Assembly (NCBI GenBank): GCA_037917685.1
Contig: JAVCBU010000011.1
Location: 70,190 to 134,189 of the forward strand
Direction: 5' to 3'
DNA from: Thermoproteota archaeon
Lineage (GTDB): Archaea; Korarchaeota; Korarchaeia; Korarchaeales; JAOZGB01
Length of the DNA: 64,000 nt
This document shows positions 9,723 to 19,468 of this stretch, piece after piece; positions within the stretch are counted from its first letter, which is position 1; every line of letters begins with the position of its first letter. A model generated the notes under the pieces. It made no database searches. It saw only the letters and a list, made by a program, of their open reading frames with translations, and had not been told where the DNA came from. The translations under genes were made by a program, and so were the position numbers.

Positions 9723-10523
9723 ATGATGCCAAGAGCTAAGCTTTTACATCTACTTAACGACGCATACGAAACTTTTCTAGGCGAGAATCAGTTGTTGAAG
9801 GTAGAGTCTGACAGGGTTGCTTTTGTTGGCGATACCCATGGAGACTTCGAATCAACCAGATCTGTGGTTTCAAAGGAGCTTGGAAAGTCAGTTATGGTTT
9901 TCCTGGGAGACTACGTAGACCGGGGGCCCCAACAGTTGGAGAACATAGTTTATCTCCTCGAGCTTAAGCTTGAAAACCCGGACAAGATCATTCTCCTCAG
10001 GGGGAACCATGAGACCCCTCTTGCCAACAGGTTCTATGGCTTTGAATCGATTGTTGTGAGAATGTATGACTTAAAGATTTACAAGAGGTTTACCGAGGTA
10101 TTTTCCGTGATGCCTTATGCTGCGCTTGCAGGTAGTGTTCTAGCATTGCATGGGGGAATTGCTAGAAGGCTTGGAAGCCTTGACGATATCAGGAATTTAA
10201 GGAAGGGGATAGTGGAGCCATACAGGGAGAGCAGTTTAGCGCTTGAAATTCTCTGGAACGACCCCTCCGAGGATGTTGAGTGGTTTGGGCCGAGTATAAG
10301 GGGTGAGGGGATCTATGTTTTCGGGCCTAAAGCATATGAATCTTTTTCAAGGTCCAACAATATAGATTTTATGATAAGAGCGCACCAGGTTTTTGCTAAG
10401 GGATACAACTGGTACTTTAACAGGAGAGTACTCAGCATTTTCTCAGCAAGGCATTACGGATTTAAGATAGATGCTAAATACGCCATCCTTGAGGGGGGCA
10501 TGTTGAGAGTGGAGAGGGTCTAG
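9723..10523 (+). CDS. PPP-family Ser/Thr protein phosphatase (PP1-arch type metallophosphoesterase)
   Basis: 266 aa with the GDTHGD, GDYVDRG and GNHE motifs. Confidence 0.85.
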   Translation: MMPRAKLLHLLNDAYETFLGENQLLKVESDRVAFVGDTHGDFESTRSVVSKELGKSVMVFLGDYVDRGPQQLENIVYLLELKLENPDKIILLRGNHETPLANRFYGFESIVVRMYDLKIYKRFTEVFSVMPYAALAGSVLALHGGIARRLGSLDDIRNLRKGIVEPYRESSLALEILWNDPSEDVEWFGPSIRGEGIYVFGPKAYESFSRSNNIDFMIRAHQVFAKGYNWYFNRRVLSIFSARHYGFKIDAKYAILEGGMLRVERV

Positions 10524-10606
10524 GACCGTTTAGTTTAGCGGTGCCAAGAGTCGCCAAAGTCATTTGAAACTCAACAATTTTAAGTGTTCTTTGGGAAGAG
10601 CATGCA

Positions 10607-11515
10607 ATGGCTAAGGTTGAGCATGTAGACGTGTGGCCAGGGATCTCTGTTAAAGAGTTGGTGGAACAGTTTTCCAGGGGAGGCTTTCAGGCGTACAGGC
10701 TTTGGAAGGCTTGCCAGATTTTCAGGGAAATGGTGGAGGACAAGGAATGTACAAGGTTTCTCGGTCTTGCAGGGGCGCTGATCCCTGGTGGGATGCGTAG
10801 GGTTATTGTCAAAATGATTAGGAAACACATGGTTGATGTTATTGTGTCGACGGGTGGGATACTAACCCACGACCTGATAGAAGCAGCAGGAGTACAGCAC
10901 GTACACGCGCCGGAGAGATACAACGATGTAGAGCTAAGGAGTAAAATGCTTAACAGAATCTACAATGTTCTACTCCCTAACGAGGGATACGTTAAGCTTG
11001 AAAAGATGCTTGCAACAATCCTGGAAAAGCTTCCTCAGAAAACCATGAGCAGCAGGGAGTTCCTTGAACACCTTGGCCATCGCTTGGAGGATAGGGAGTC
11101 TATCTTAAGGGCTGCCTATGAGGAGAATGTAAAGATATTCTGTCCTGCTATAGCGGATTCCGTTCTCGGCTTCCATGTATGGATGAACACCCAGTTTTTA
11201 AAGCTCAGGGTGAACCCAATATTGGATCAGAGGGAAATGACAGGGATCGCCTATGAATCAAAGAAGTGCGGGGCGCTATTCGTCGGTGGTGGGACCCCTA
11301 AGCATTACATAGCACTTGCAATGCAGTTTTCACCCAGAAGCCTCGAATACGCGATTCAAATAACGATGGATAGGCCTGAACATGGCGGAGTATCTGGAGC
11401 TACCCTCTCGGAGGCTAAGTCATGGGGGAAAGTTGCGGAGAAAGCCAAAACAGCAGAGGTGATATGTGACGCCACCATAGCATTACCGATCATGGTAGCC
11501 TCAACCCTATCGTAA
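10607..11515 (+). CDS. dys: deoxyhypusine synthase
   Basis: 302 aa. NRIYNVLLPNEGY, GGGTPKHY, SEAKSWGKV and DATIALPIMV match DHS conserved blocks. Confidence 0.85.
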   Translation: MAKVEHVDVWPGISVKELVEQFSRGGFQAYRLWKACQIFREMVEDKECTRFLGLAGALIPGGMRRVIVKMIRKHMVDVIVSTGGILTHDLIEAAGVQHVHAPERYNDVELRSKMLNRIYNVLLPNEGYVKLEKMLATILEKLPQKTMSSREFLEHLGHRLEDRESILRAAYEENVKIFCPAIADSVLGFHVWMNTQFLKLRVNPILDQREMTGIAYESKKCGALFVGGGTPKHYIALAMQFSPRSLEYAIQITMDRPEHGGVSGATLSEAKSWGKVAEKAKTAEVICDATIALPIMVASTLS

Positions 11516-11586
11516 ATCGGTATATGAGCATGGATACGTCGCCTCAGCTGTAACTATTCTTTTCGTATTTCTATCTACCGGTCACT

Positions 11587-12300
11587 ATGAACTTTCAACA
11601 TCAAAAATTTAACTTTGGATGGTGTAAAAGTGGTATGGTTGAGAAAATAAATGTAAACATCACTGTCGAAGAAGTGAATAAAAAGCTTCTAGAACAAAAC
11701 GATAGGGTTGCCGGGGCTATAAGGAGGATGCTGGAAGAGAAGGGCATCAGAGCCATCGAGTTCCTCGGGGGACCGGGATCCGGAAAGACAAGCCTCATAG
11801 AGAGACTCTCATTGTTAATAGGCCCGGATAAAGTCGCCTATATAGGGGGAGATGTCGCAACGAGTTTTGATACTGAGAGGGTTAGTAAAATAGGCGTACG
11901 TGCGGTCCAGATAAATACCGGTGGAATATGCCATCTTGAAGCTTTACATGTCGAAAAAGCCCTTAAAATTTTGAACCTTGAAGGAGTAAGGTATCTATTC
12001 ATAGAGAATGTAGGCAACTTGATATGCCCCTTTGAGTTTAACATCGGCTCACATGTTAGGGTTCTGGTGGTCTCAGCTGGTGAAGGTGAGGATAAATTCT
12101 TAAAACACCCAATGTCTGTAGCCCTTTCAAACGTGATAGTTGTAAACAAGGCTGACCTGGCACCCCACGTTGGCGTTGACGTTGAGAAAATGGTCAGAGA
12201 CGCACTGAAAATAAACGGGCGGGCCAAGGTTGTAGTTACAAGCGCGAAAACCGGGGAGGGAATTAAAGAACTTGCAGAAGCTTTAATGTTAGAAGCATAA
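11587..12300 (+). CDS. hypB: hydrogenase nickel-incorporation GTPase HypB
   Basis: G3E GTPase with Walker A GGPGSGKTS, ENVGNLICP and NKADL. The likely real start is ATG 11635 (MVEKINVN). Confidence 0.85.
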   Translation: MNFQHQKFNFGWCKSGMVEKINVNITVEEVNKKLLEQNDRVAGAIRRMLEEKGIRAIEFLGGPGSGKTSLIERLSLLIGPDKVAYIGGDVATSFDTERVSKIGVRAVQINTGGICHLEALHVEKALKILNLEGVRYLFIENVGNLICPFEFNIGSHVRVLVVSAGEGEDKFLKHPMSVALSNVIVVNKADLAPHVGVDVEKMVRDALKINGRAKVVVTSAKTGEGIKELAEALMLEA

Positions 12301-12505
12301 AGGGTATAGAACTATCATTACCATGTAGGAAGGACAAGTATGGTAGGATGGGCAAGTGAGTTTAAAACTTTGAACCCGCACTAAACCAATAGATAATGAC
12401 GTGTAAGCCTGAAATTGGTTAATTCAGGGGCCGCAGTCTTCTCTGAAGCCTTTATCTTGTAGGACAATATTTTAAGAAAGGCCAGAGTTAGAGTCTCAGG
12501 TTAAA

Positions 12506-13345
12506 ATGGCCGACGTTAAGACACGAACTAGTAAGCCTTTAGATCCTGAGGTGGAAGCTATAAAGGAGAAGCTTAAAGGTGTTAAGAGAAAGATAATCGT
12601 TTTAAGCGGGAAAGGAGGGGTTGGAAAATCTACTGTAACAGCTAACCTTGCAGCTGCCTTTGCTAAAAGGAAGCCTAACAGTGTGGGTGTTTTTGACTAC
12701 GACTTCCATGGACCAGCGATCCCCAGGATGCTGGGGGTAAGAGACATGCAGCTTAAAGTCTTCCCTCTAGGCATATTCCCCGTTACTGGCGTATTAGGGA
12801 TCAAGGTGATCAGTATGGCTCTACTTCTGCCAGATGATAAGACCCCCGTTATATGGCGTGGCCCTTTGAAGCACAAGGCCTTGAGAGAGTTTATGGCTAA
12901 TGTTATGTGGGGAAACCTTGACTGGCTGTTCTTCGATCTCCCACCAGGAACCGGAGACGAAGCGTTGAACATCGCCCAGAACGTTCCTGGAATAGACGGA
13001 GCCATAGTTGTCACAATACCTTCTGAGGTTTCAAGAGTCGCTGTTGAAAAGTCGGCGGAGTTCTGCAAGAAGCTTGACATCAAGCTGCTAGGTGTTATTG
13101 AGAACATGAGCTACCTTGTCTGCCCCAAGTGCGGGTTTAGGATTGAAGTGTTCGGACGGGGTGCGGGTGAGAAGATAGTCGCTGAGGAGAACATACCACT
13201 CCTGGGCAGGATACCCCTGGATCCACAGCTGGCGAGAGCCATGGACATAGGGGAACCCATAGTTATGAGCCGGCCGGGGTCTGAAGTTTCAAGGGCTTTT
13301 AATGAAATCGCGGACAGAATAGAAAAAGAAATAGCAGTAAAATAA
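12506..13345 (+). CDS. Mrp/NBP35 (ApbC-like) Fe-S cluster carrier ATPase
   Basis: 279 aa. Deviant Walker A GKGGVGKST and the CPKCG motif. Confidence 0.85.
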   Translation: MADVKTRTSKPLDPEVEAIKEKLKGVKRKIIVLSGKGGVGKSTVTANLAAAFAKRKPNSVGVFDYDFHGPAIPRMLGVRDMQLKVFPLGIFPVTGVLGIKVISMALLLPDDKTPVIWRGPLKHKALREFMANVMWGNLDWLFFDLPPGTGDEALNIAQNVPGIDGAIVVTIPSEVSRVAVEKSAEFCKKLDIKLLGVIENMSYLVCPKCGFRIEVFGRGAGEKIVAEENIPLLGRIPLDPQLARAMDIGEPIVMSRPGSEVSRAFNEIADRIEKEIAVK

Positions 13346-13403
13346 AATGTTATTTCAGCTTTATTCATTAACTATTTAAATATTAAAGCAATAGTTTTGA
13401 ATA

Positions 13404-14075
13404 ATGGATGAATTTAGGTATCTATTTTTCCAAAAACTTGTTAATAGCTATCCTGGAGGGATTGACTTTCTCCGGGGGACAAGCGATGGCAGGATTATTT
13501 TAAGACCGAAAAGGGGGAGAATAAGCTTTATATATGTCAGAGCCGCCGGTTTTTTAAAGGATGGAAGGGGTACAGACGGCTTTTCCCTATCCTGCCTGGT
13601 TCAGATTGGCAAGAGGAAAAGATGGGAACTGTTTGAGCTTATGCTCTCAGCCTGTAAGCTCACACATTCTGAGCAAAAATGGAAATTTGAAGAACACGAG
13701 GCTATAGGCAAGCTACTCGCTGAAGCTCTTATTAGAGGTCTGAAACCTAGAGCCTTGCATGCAGTCTTAAACATGGACTTAAACCTCATAGGGGAGATAT
13801 CAAGTTATTTTACAGCCTATAAACACTCCCTGGAGCTTCTTCCAGTCCCAGATGAGATAGCTTTCAAGCTTCCCATTGATGTAACCCCAATAGGGCTGAG
13901 CTTCGACGCTGAGAAGATATGCCGAAGCTTCGGTGAGGGGATGGTCTACTGGTCCATTCTTTTTACAAGAGTATTCCCAATGGGAAGGCCTGGAGTTAAG
14001 GAGTTTAACCGTTTCATAGATCTTGAGCTTCCCTCAACCCTTAAGGTTATTAACAGAATCGCCAGGCACCTATAA
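13404..14075 (+). CDS. hypothetical protein
   Basis: 223 aa with no motif I can recognise. First gene of a tightly spaced three-gene + strand set. Confidence 0.5.
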   Translation: MDEFRYLFFQKLVNSYPGGIDFLRGTSDGRIILRPKRGRISFIYVRAAGFLKDGRGTDGFSLSCLVQIGKRKRWELFELMLSACKLTHSEQKWKFEEHEAIGKLLAEALIRGLKPRALHAVLNMDLNLIGEISSYFTAYKHSLELLPVPDEIAFKLPIDVTPIGLSFDAEKICRSFGEGMVYWSILFTRVFPMGRPGVKEFNRFIDLELPSTLKVINRIARHL

Positions 14076-14114
14076 ATTTAAATTTTATCTACACATGAGT
14101 GAAATAGGATTCTC

Positions 14115-14342
14115 ATGGTTGAAGCTTATGTTCTAATATCTACCGAACCCGCTAGAACAGCCCAGATCAAATCTGAAATATTAAGGATTGAAGGGGTTAA
14201 GAGGGCGGACATTGTAACCGGGCCTGCAGATATCGTAGTCCTACTCGAAGCCAACAACATGAGCGAACTAAGAGATATGGTTAGTGAAAGAATTAGAGGA
14301 ATAGAGGGAATACTTAAAACTGAAACGATGGTTGTACTTTAA
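14115..14342 (+). CDS. stand-alone Lrp/AsnC ligand-binding (RAM) domain protein
   Basis: 75 aa: MVEAYVLISTEP...VKRADIVTGPADIVVLLEANNMSELRDMV...IEGILKTETMVVL. This is the typical RAM beta-alpha-beta-beta-alpha-beta pattern, without an HTH. Confidence 0.75.
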   Translation: MVEAYVLISTEPARTAQIKSEILRIEGVKRADIVTGPADIVVLLEANNMSELRDMVSERIRGIEGILKTETMVVL

Positions 14343-14345
14343 GGT

Positions 14346-14990
14346 TTGAGGCGTACAACAGCTAGAACGTACATAGACAGGCTTGTAGCGTCTGAAAACG
14401 TAGACGCAGTAAATACAAGTAAAAAGTTGAAAGTAGAATACGAAAGATTCAAGTCAACTCTTAAAGTCGAGGACTTCGACAGGTTCTTAGACCTTATACT
14501 CCAAAACTCAAATGTTATAATGAAGGCTCTCGGAGGCCTCCCCCAGCTGATAGGACAATTTAGAGCTTTCAGTCTTGAGGAGTATGTTTTAGAACTGCTT
14601 GTAAGGAGAGTTGGTGTAGAAAGGAAGTTCATCTTCTGGAATGATGACGTTGCCATATGGAAGGAAGGGGGCGAGACTTGTAAGATGAAGTTTGACATTG
14701 TAATTGGGCGTAAAATCAAGAACGAAATCCACCCAGTCTTAACAGTTGAGGCTAAAGTTGATGTTGATGCACCAAGGCTTAAAGCATCTATTTTCGAGGC
14801 TTTAATGGTTAAAAGACTGCATAAGGATTGCAAATGCCTCCTAGTATATGTTAGTTGGAACGCAGATAAGATATGGCATAGGATTGCAATGACAGGATTT
14901 GACGGGATATACCAGTTCTACAGCTCTCAGGATGATGTTGAAAGATTCGTTAGGGACATCAAGTCTTATTCGACTGGAATTATGCTGTAA
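14346..14990 (+). CDS. hypothetical protein with PD-(D/E)xK nuclease-like motif
   Basis: 214 aa, TTG start 3 nt after the RAM gene stop. SLEEYVLELL ... KFDIVIGRKIKNEIHPVLTVEAKVD fits the E...D-x(n)-E-x-K restriction-endonuclease-like core. Confidence 0.4.
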   Translation: MRRTTARTYIDRLVASENVDAVNTSKKLKVEYERFKSTLKVEDFDRFLDLILQNSNVIMKALGGLPQLIGQFRAFSLEEYVLELLVRRVGVERKFIFWNDDVAIWKEGGETCKMKFDIVIGRKIKNEIHPVLTVEAKVDVDAPRLKASIFEALMVKRLHKDCKCLLVYVSWNADKIWHRIAMTGFDGIYQFYSSQDDVERFVRDIKSYSTGIML

Positions 14991-16345
14991 TTCCCGTTTT
15001 CCAAGGGTTTGACATAATATAGTTTGGTGTAGGGCATTTCACCATAGATGACAGTAGAAGCGTTTATCTTCGTGATCTTCCAGTAACTGCTCAGCTCCGC
15101 TGTCACACCCCTTAACGGTTTAATTGAGATGTATTGTGACACTGGAAATGCAAGCTGCCTCTCAGATATTACAAGTTCAGCGAGTCTAACAATGAACTCC
15201 CTCATCTCATTTACTCCAAGCCTCCTCGAAATCAAACCAATGCATGGAAATATAACTACAAAGTTATCCTTGGAGTTTTGCTTTACACCCTCATAGGCTT
15301 GTAGGAAGTCATGCCACGCCTCATCCAGCGAGGAGGTGGTTAGCCTCCTATAGTAGGGCTTGTCTCCTCCAACCGGAGTTATCAGGGCAACTCTCTCATT
15401 TAGGCCTTCCACATCCTGTAACATTTTATCTATGATCTCTGTGATAGGTCCTCTTTCGTACAGTAACACGAGGCCGTATCCTGATGATACGATCTCTTTG
15501 AACATCCTTGAAAACAGGGATATGAACTCAAGCCTTATAGTCTCATCTAGAGCTATGAGATTTATGCTGCCCCTATCCCAACCCCCACCTAGCACCTCAT
15601 CGAACCCTTCTATTCTGGAGGGGACTTTGACGCTGACTTTTAGGTCGTCGGCTGAGGAGGTTGAAACCTCCTTAATACTTAAGGGTTTTAGAACCTGGAA
15701 AATCCCTCCTGTCAGGGTAAACAGGTATTTATGATAAGCAATGTTTACCCCCCTGAGCTTTGAAATCTCCATTATTCTCACTAGCCTTCCGTACAGTTCG
15801 CTCCTTTGAAGTTTTATTACTCCGTCTACAGTGTAGTCAAGGGTTGTGGTCTCTTCTGTCTCGCTTACAAATATCAGGGGTATATTTTTCTCTCCAGCCA
15901 GCCTTACCACTCTATCCTCGACGTTCATCCTTTCGTCAGGTGACAGCTGGGTTGCAACAGCTTCCCAGCTGTCAACTATTATGAGTGGGTTTTTTATCCG
16001 TGAGGCCACGTCAAAGGCATGCTCCAGCCCCCTGGCGGCTGAGGGAAGGTCAAAAAATGATATTGTTAAGGCGATATTTTCAGGTGACTCGACCCCATAG
16101 CGTCTTACATCTCTTAATGTAACGGTTTCTATTCTCTCTGCCAGATAGGGATATTGTTTGAAGAGCTTGTCAACCCCCACCCTTGTTGAAATATAGATAG
16201 GATTAAATTCGTCCTTAAAGTATTCTACTATTCCCATGGAGAAGATAGTCTTTCCAGCCCCGGGCTGGCCCTTGACAAGAAGGGTGTTCCAGCCTTTCCT
16301 AAGAAACTGATCTAGCTCAGGTGGAATAGATGGCTTAATCATCAT
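14966..16345 (-). CDS. KaiC/GvpD/RecA-superfamily ATPase, two-domain (paralog 2)
   Basis: 459 aa. Walker A GQPGAGKT, IIVDSWE, and a degenerate second half. Its 3' end overlaps the convergent gene 14346..14990 by 25 bp. Confidence 0.7.
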   Translation of the reverse strand: MMIKPSIPPELDQFLRKGWNTLLVKGQPGAGKTIFSMGIVEYFKDEFNPIYISTRVGVDKLFKQYPYLAERIETVTLRDVRRYGVESPENIALTISFFDLPSAARGLEHAFDVASRIKNPLIIVDSWEAVATQLSPDERMNVEDRVVRLAGEKNIPLIFVSETEETTTLDYTVDGVIKLQRSELYGRLVRIMEISKLRGVNIAYHKYLFTLTGGIFQVLKPLSIKEVSTSSADDLKVSVKVPSRIEGFDEVLGGGWDRGSINLIALDETIRLEFISLFSRMFKEIVSSGYGLVLLYERGPITEIIDKMLQDVEGLNERVALITPVGGDKPYYRRLTTSSLDEAWHDFLQAYEGVKQNSKDNFVVIFPCIGLISRRLGVNEMREFIVRLAELVISERQLAFPVSQYISIKPLRGVTAELSSYWKITKINASTVIYGEMPYTKLYYVKPLENGNYSIIPVE

Positions 16346-16374
16346 GTAGTAGTGTATAAACCACGTTAAAAAAT

Positions 16375-17187
16375 TTACCCATTATCGAGGCCTATGAAAA
16401 TTCCTGTGAGGATGTCTACACCTGAGGTTCCACCAGCAGCGATAAGCTTCTCAACCCATGGAGTTGGATCTTCGCTCGACATTAGCCTTACAACTTCTTG
16501 ACAGTAGTATCCACATGTAGCGCAATTGATCAGGCTTCGGCTAAGCAGCGTTGTATTATATGCATATTTTAACATGTTTTCCAAGATTATTTTCCCAAGC
16601 ATTGAGCCTTTACTGTGTAAGGCAGCGGCAACCCCCATCATCATGTCATCGCAGCTTGGTGTCGACCCTTCTCCGAGACCTACCAGCGTGCTGATAGCCT
16701 GGCCCGGGTCTCCTGTTTTAAGTGAGACTACTAGATTGTCTATTCTCCTGAGGATAAAGCGTCTGTAAGGGTTTATGTTTACCTTGGCGCCTACTTTGTA
16801 TTTTACATACCATGAGAGTCCACGGTCCGTACTTTGAAGCCTTTCAAGGATAAGTCTTTTAAGCCTTTTAAGCCTTACACCGTTAGTCTTAGGCATTTTA
16901 GATCTGTCTGGAGATACTTGGACTTCCACCTCCAGGGGTGGAGCTTTAAGCAGAGAGTTTCCAACAAGGAGATAACTGGACTTAACCTTCCTCATATCAT
17001 AACTCGCTGGAATATCGCATATTATTGTTATAGGGAGGTGTAGGGTTCCCATGGCTCCTACTCCAACCAGGCGGTCTCCGCTTAGCACGTTTATGGTTCT
17101 CCTGAATTTTGAGTGAATCTTGTATACTCCTGGCTTTAGGCCTGTGCACTGTCCTCTCCATACTGCCTTATAACGGTATATTTCCAT
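16375..17187 (-). CDS. DUF2877 (AllH-like) domain protein
   Basis: 270 aa. GLGEGSTPSCDDMMMG resembles the G-x-G-L-T-P-x-G-DD signature of DUF2877. Its start overlaps the reconstructed end of the carboxyltransferase gene by 20 nt. Confidence 0.55.
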   Translation of the reverse strand: MEIYRYKAVWRGQCTGLKPGVYKIHSKFRRTINVLSGDRLVGVGAMGTLHLPITIICDIPASYDMRKVKSSYLLVGNSLLKAPPLEVEVQVSPDRSKMPKTNGVRLKRLKRLILERLQSTDRGLSWYVKYKVGAKVNINPYRRFILRRIDNLVVSLKTGDPGQAISTLVGLGEGSTPSCDDMMMGVAAALHSKGSMLGKIILENMLKYAYNTTLLSRSLINCATCGYYCQEVVRLMSSEDPTPWVEKLIAAGGTSGVDILTGIFIGLDNG

Positions 17188-18705
17188 GCTTCCTGTATGG
17201 TTTTTTCTCAGGCTTCTTATTTAAAAGACTCTTGAATGCTGCTACGACTAGTCTCCTCGTCTCCCCTGGTGTTATGATATCGTCCATGTATCCTCTTGAA
17301 GCAGCAACATAAGGGCTTGCAGCTTCGGCTCGGTACTTCTCTACAAATCCTTCAAAGCCTTATCCTTGTCTTCAACCTTCTCCAGAATTTTCCTGTAAAT
17401 AATTCTTGCAGCTCCCTCTGGACCCATGACTGCGATCTCAGCTGTGGGCCATGCATATACTATGTCAGCTCCTAGGTGTTTGCTCCCCATCGCGATATAC
17501 GCGCCGCCGTAGGCTTTTCTTAAGATCACAGTTACAAGGGGGACTGAAGCTTCAGAGTAGGCATGTATTATTTTAGCACCATGCCTAATTATTCCGCCAT
17601 ATTCCTGCTCGAGGCCTGGGAGAAACCAAGGGGTGTCGACGAGAGTTAATATGGGAATGTTGAAGTTGTCGCACAGCCTTACAAATCTTGAAATCTTATC
17701 TGAAGAGTTTATGTCGAGGCAGCCAGCCTTATGTAATGGCTGGTTAGCAACAACGCCTATGGTCGCTCCTTCTATCCTTGCAAAGCCTATGACAGAGTTT
17801 AAGGCATACCCGTGCTGAAGCTCAAGGAATGATCCAGCGTCAACGATGCCCTCGACCACCTTTTTAACATCGTAGGGCTTCCTGGGATCATCTGGAACTA
17901 CATCTTCGACTGTGGCGGCTGGTCCTCTAGGCTGTGTGCTTGGAGGCCTTTCCATATTGTTCTGAGGTAGATAGGACAGAAGCCTCCTTATGAGTTTAAG
18001 GCAGGCATGGTCGCTTTTAGCCGTCAAATGCACGTTTCCACCTAGACTCATCTGGACTGATGCACCGCCAAGCTCTACATGCGAGACTTTCTCGCCTGTT
18101 ACGGCTTCTATCACAGCAGGCCCCGTGATATACATGTAGGATGTGTTTTCCACCATCAGGATTAGATCTGCGAGCGCAGGACTCTACACTGCACCCCCAG
18201 CACACGGCCCAATGATGGCTATTATTTGGGGTATGACCCCTGAGGCCTTCACGTTAAGCTTGAATATTTCTCCGTAGCCCTTGAGACTGTCAACTCCTTC
18301 CTGGATTCTAGCTCCTCCAGAGTCGTTTAGACCTATCAATGGAGCGCCTGCCTTCAGGGCTAAACTTATAATCCTACATATCTTAGCGGCATGCGCCTCT
18401 CCTAGACTGCCTCCCATGACTGTGAAGTCCTGGGTATAGACGTATACAAGTCTACCGTCTATTGTCCCATATCCTGTTACGACACCATCCGCAGGGGTAT
18501 GCACACCAGACAAGGCTTTATGCCTGCTTTCAATAAATAATCCGATCTCAACGAAGCTTCCCGGATCTAAGAGAGCCTGTATCCTCTCCCTCGCTGTGAG
18601 CTTTCCCTTAGCGTGTTGCTTCCTTATTCTCTCAGCCCCTCCACCCTCCATAGCCTCCATTCTCCTACGTTTAAGTCTTTCTATAGGGCCTACCATATTA
18701 TACAC
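17168..18705 (-). pseudogene. mmdA: methylmalonyl-CoA decarboxylase alpha / acyl-CoA carboxyltransferase, interrupted by an in-frame TAG and a 1-nt frameshift
   Basis: ORFs 18184..18705 and 17341..18156 are in the same frame, separated only by TAG at 18184-18186. The last 57 aa (EKYRAEAASPYVAASRGYMDDIITPGETRR...KHGNIPL) lie in the -1 frame from about 17345 to the stop at 17168-17170. Confidence 0.85.
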
Positions 18706-19468
18706 CTTCTAGGTCTGAAATGCTAACATCCGCCGAGTTTAAAGCCACTGTTCTATCACCTACATCCAATAATAGTTCCCCATTATCCGATATACCGACG
18801 GCAAGACCTGAAACCTCCCTGCCGCCTGGCAGGTAGGCCTTAACCCTTCTCCCTAGGGTTACAGACTTATTTTTCCAGTCATCAAGGAGTCTGTCAGATT
18901 CTCCCTTTCTAACCATGTGGTAGGCCCTATCTATCCTACTAACAAGCTCACATATAAGGAATGGAACATCCACCTTCCCTGAAAGTAGGAGTAGGGATGT
19001 TCCACCCCTGGGTGGCTTGTTCAAAACATTTATTCCCACCCCGGCAACAACATGTTCTATCTCCTTCCCACCGTGTGCTTCACATAGTATTCCGCCAAGC
19101 TTTTTACCTTCCACGAGAAGATCGTTGGGCCATTTAAGCCCAATGTTGACCTCAACTGCGTCCTCGATGCCTCTTGCAACTGCGATCCCTAGGGTTAGTG
19201 GTAGAATGCCTAGAACCTTTTTCGGAGGTCTAAGTATTATTGAAAAGTATAGTCCTCCGGGATCCGACACCCACTTTCTACCTTTCCTTCCTCTACCATG
19301 GGTCTGCCTGCCCGCAGCCACTATTACCCCCTCTTCCCAGCCTTGTGACGCCAGCCTGTGAGCTTCGTCCATAGTAGACTTAACCACTTCTAAGTATATT
19401 GTCTTTCTGCCTATCACAGTTTTCCTTGCAAGTCTCAAGCCTTTGTACCAGTCATCGAACGTTATCAT
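18698..19468 (-). CDS. birA: biotin-protein ligase (class I, no HTH)
   Basis: GRGRKGRKW signature. The start should be ATG 19466-19468 (MITFDDWYK), forming an ATGA overlap with the mmdB stop. The longer track ORF to 19642 overlaps mmdB. Confidence 0.85.
   Translation of the reverse strand: MITFDDWYKGLRLARKTVIGRKTIYLEVVKSTMDEAHRLASQGWEEGVIVAAGRQTHGRGRKGRKWVSDPGGLYFSIILRPPKKVLGILPLTLGIAVARGIEDAVEVNIGLKWPNDLLVEGKKLGGILCEAHGGKEIEHVVAGVGINVLNKPPRGGTSLLLLSGKVDVPFLICELVSRIDRAYHMVRKGESDRLLDDWKNKSVTLGRRVKAYLPGGREVSGLAVGISDNGELLLDVGDRTVALNSADVSISDLEGV

Noticed and set aside
18184-18186. Pyrrolysine or other programmed recoding of the in-frame TAG.
   Set aside because: The codon replaces a family-conserved Tyr. 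No pyl genes or recoding signals are visible in the window, and the surrounding genes carry ordinary frameshifts. Mutation or base-call error is more economical.
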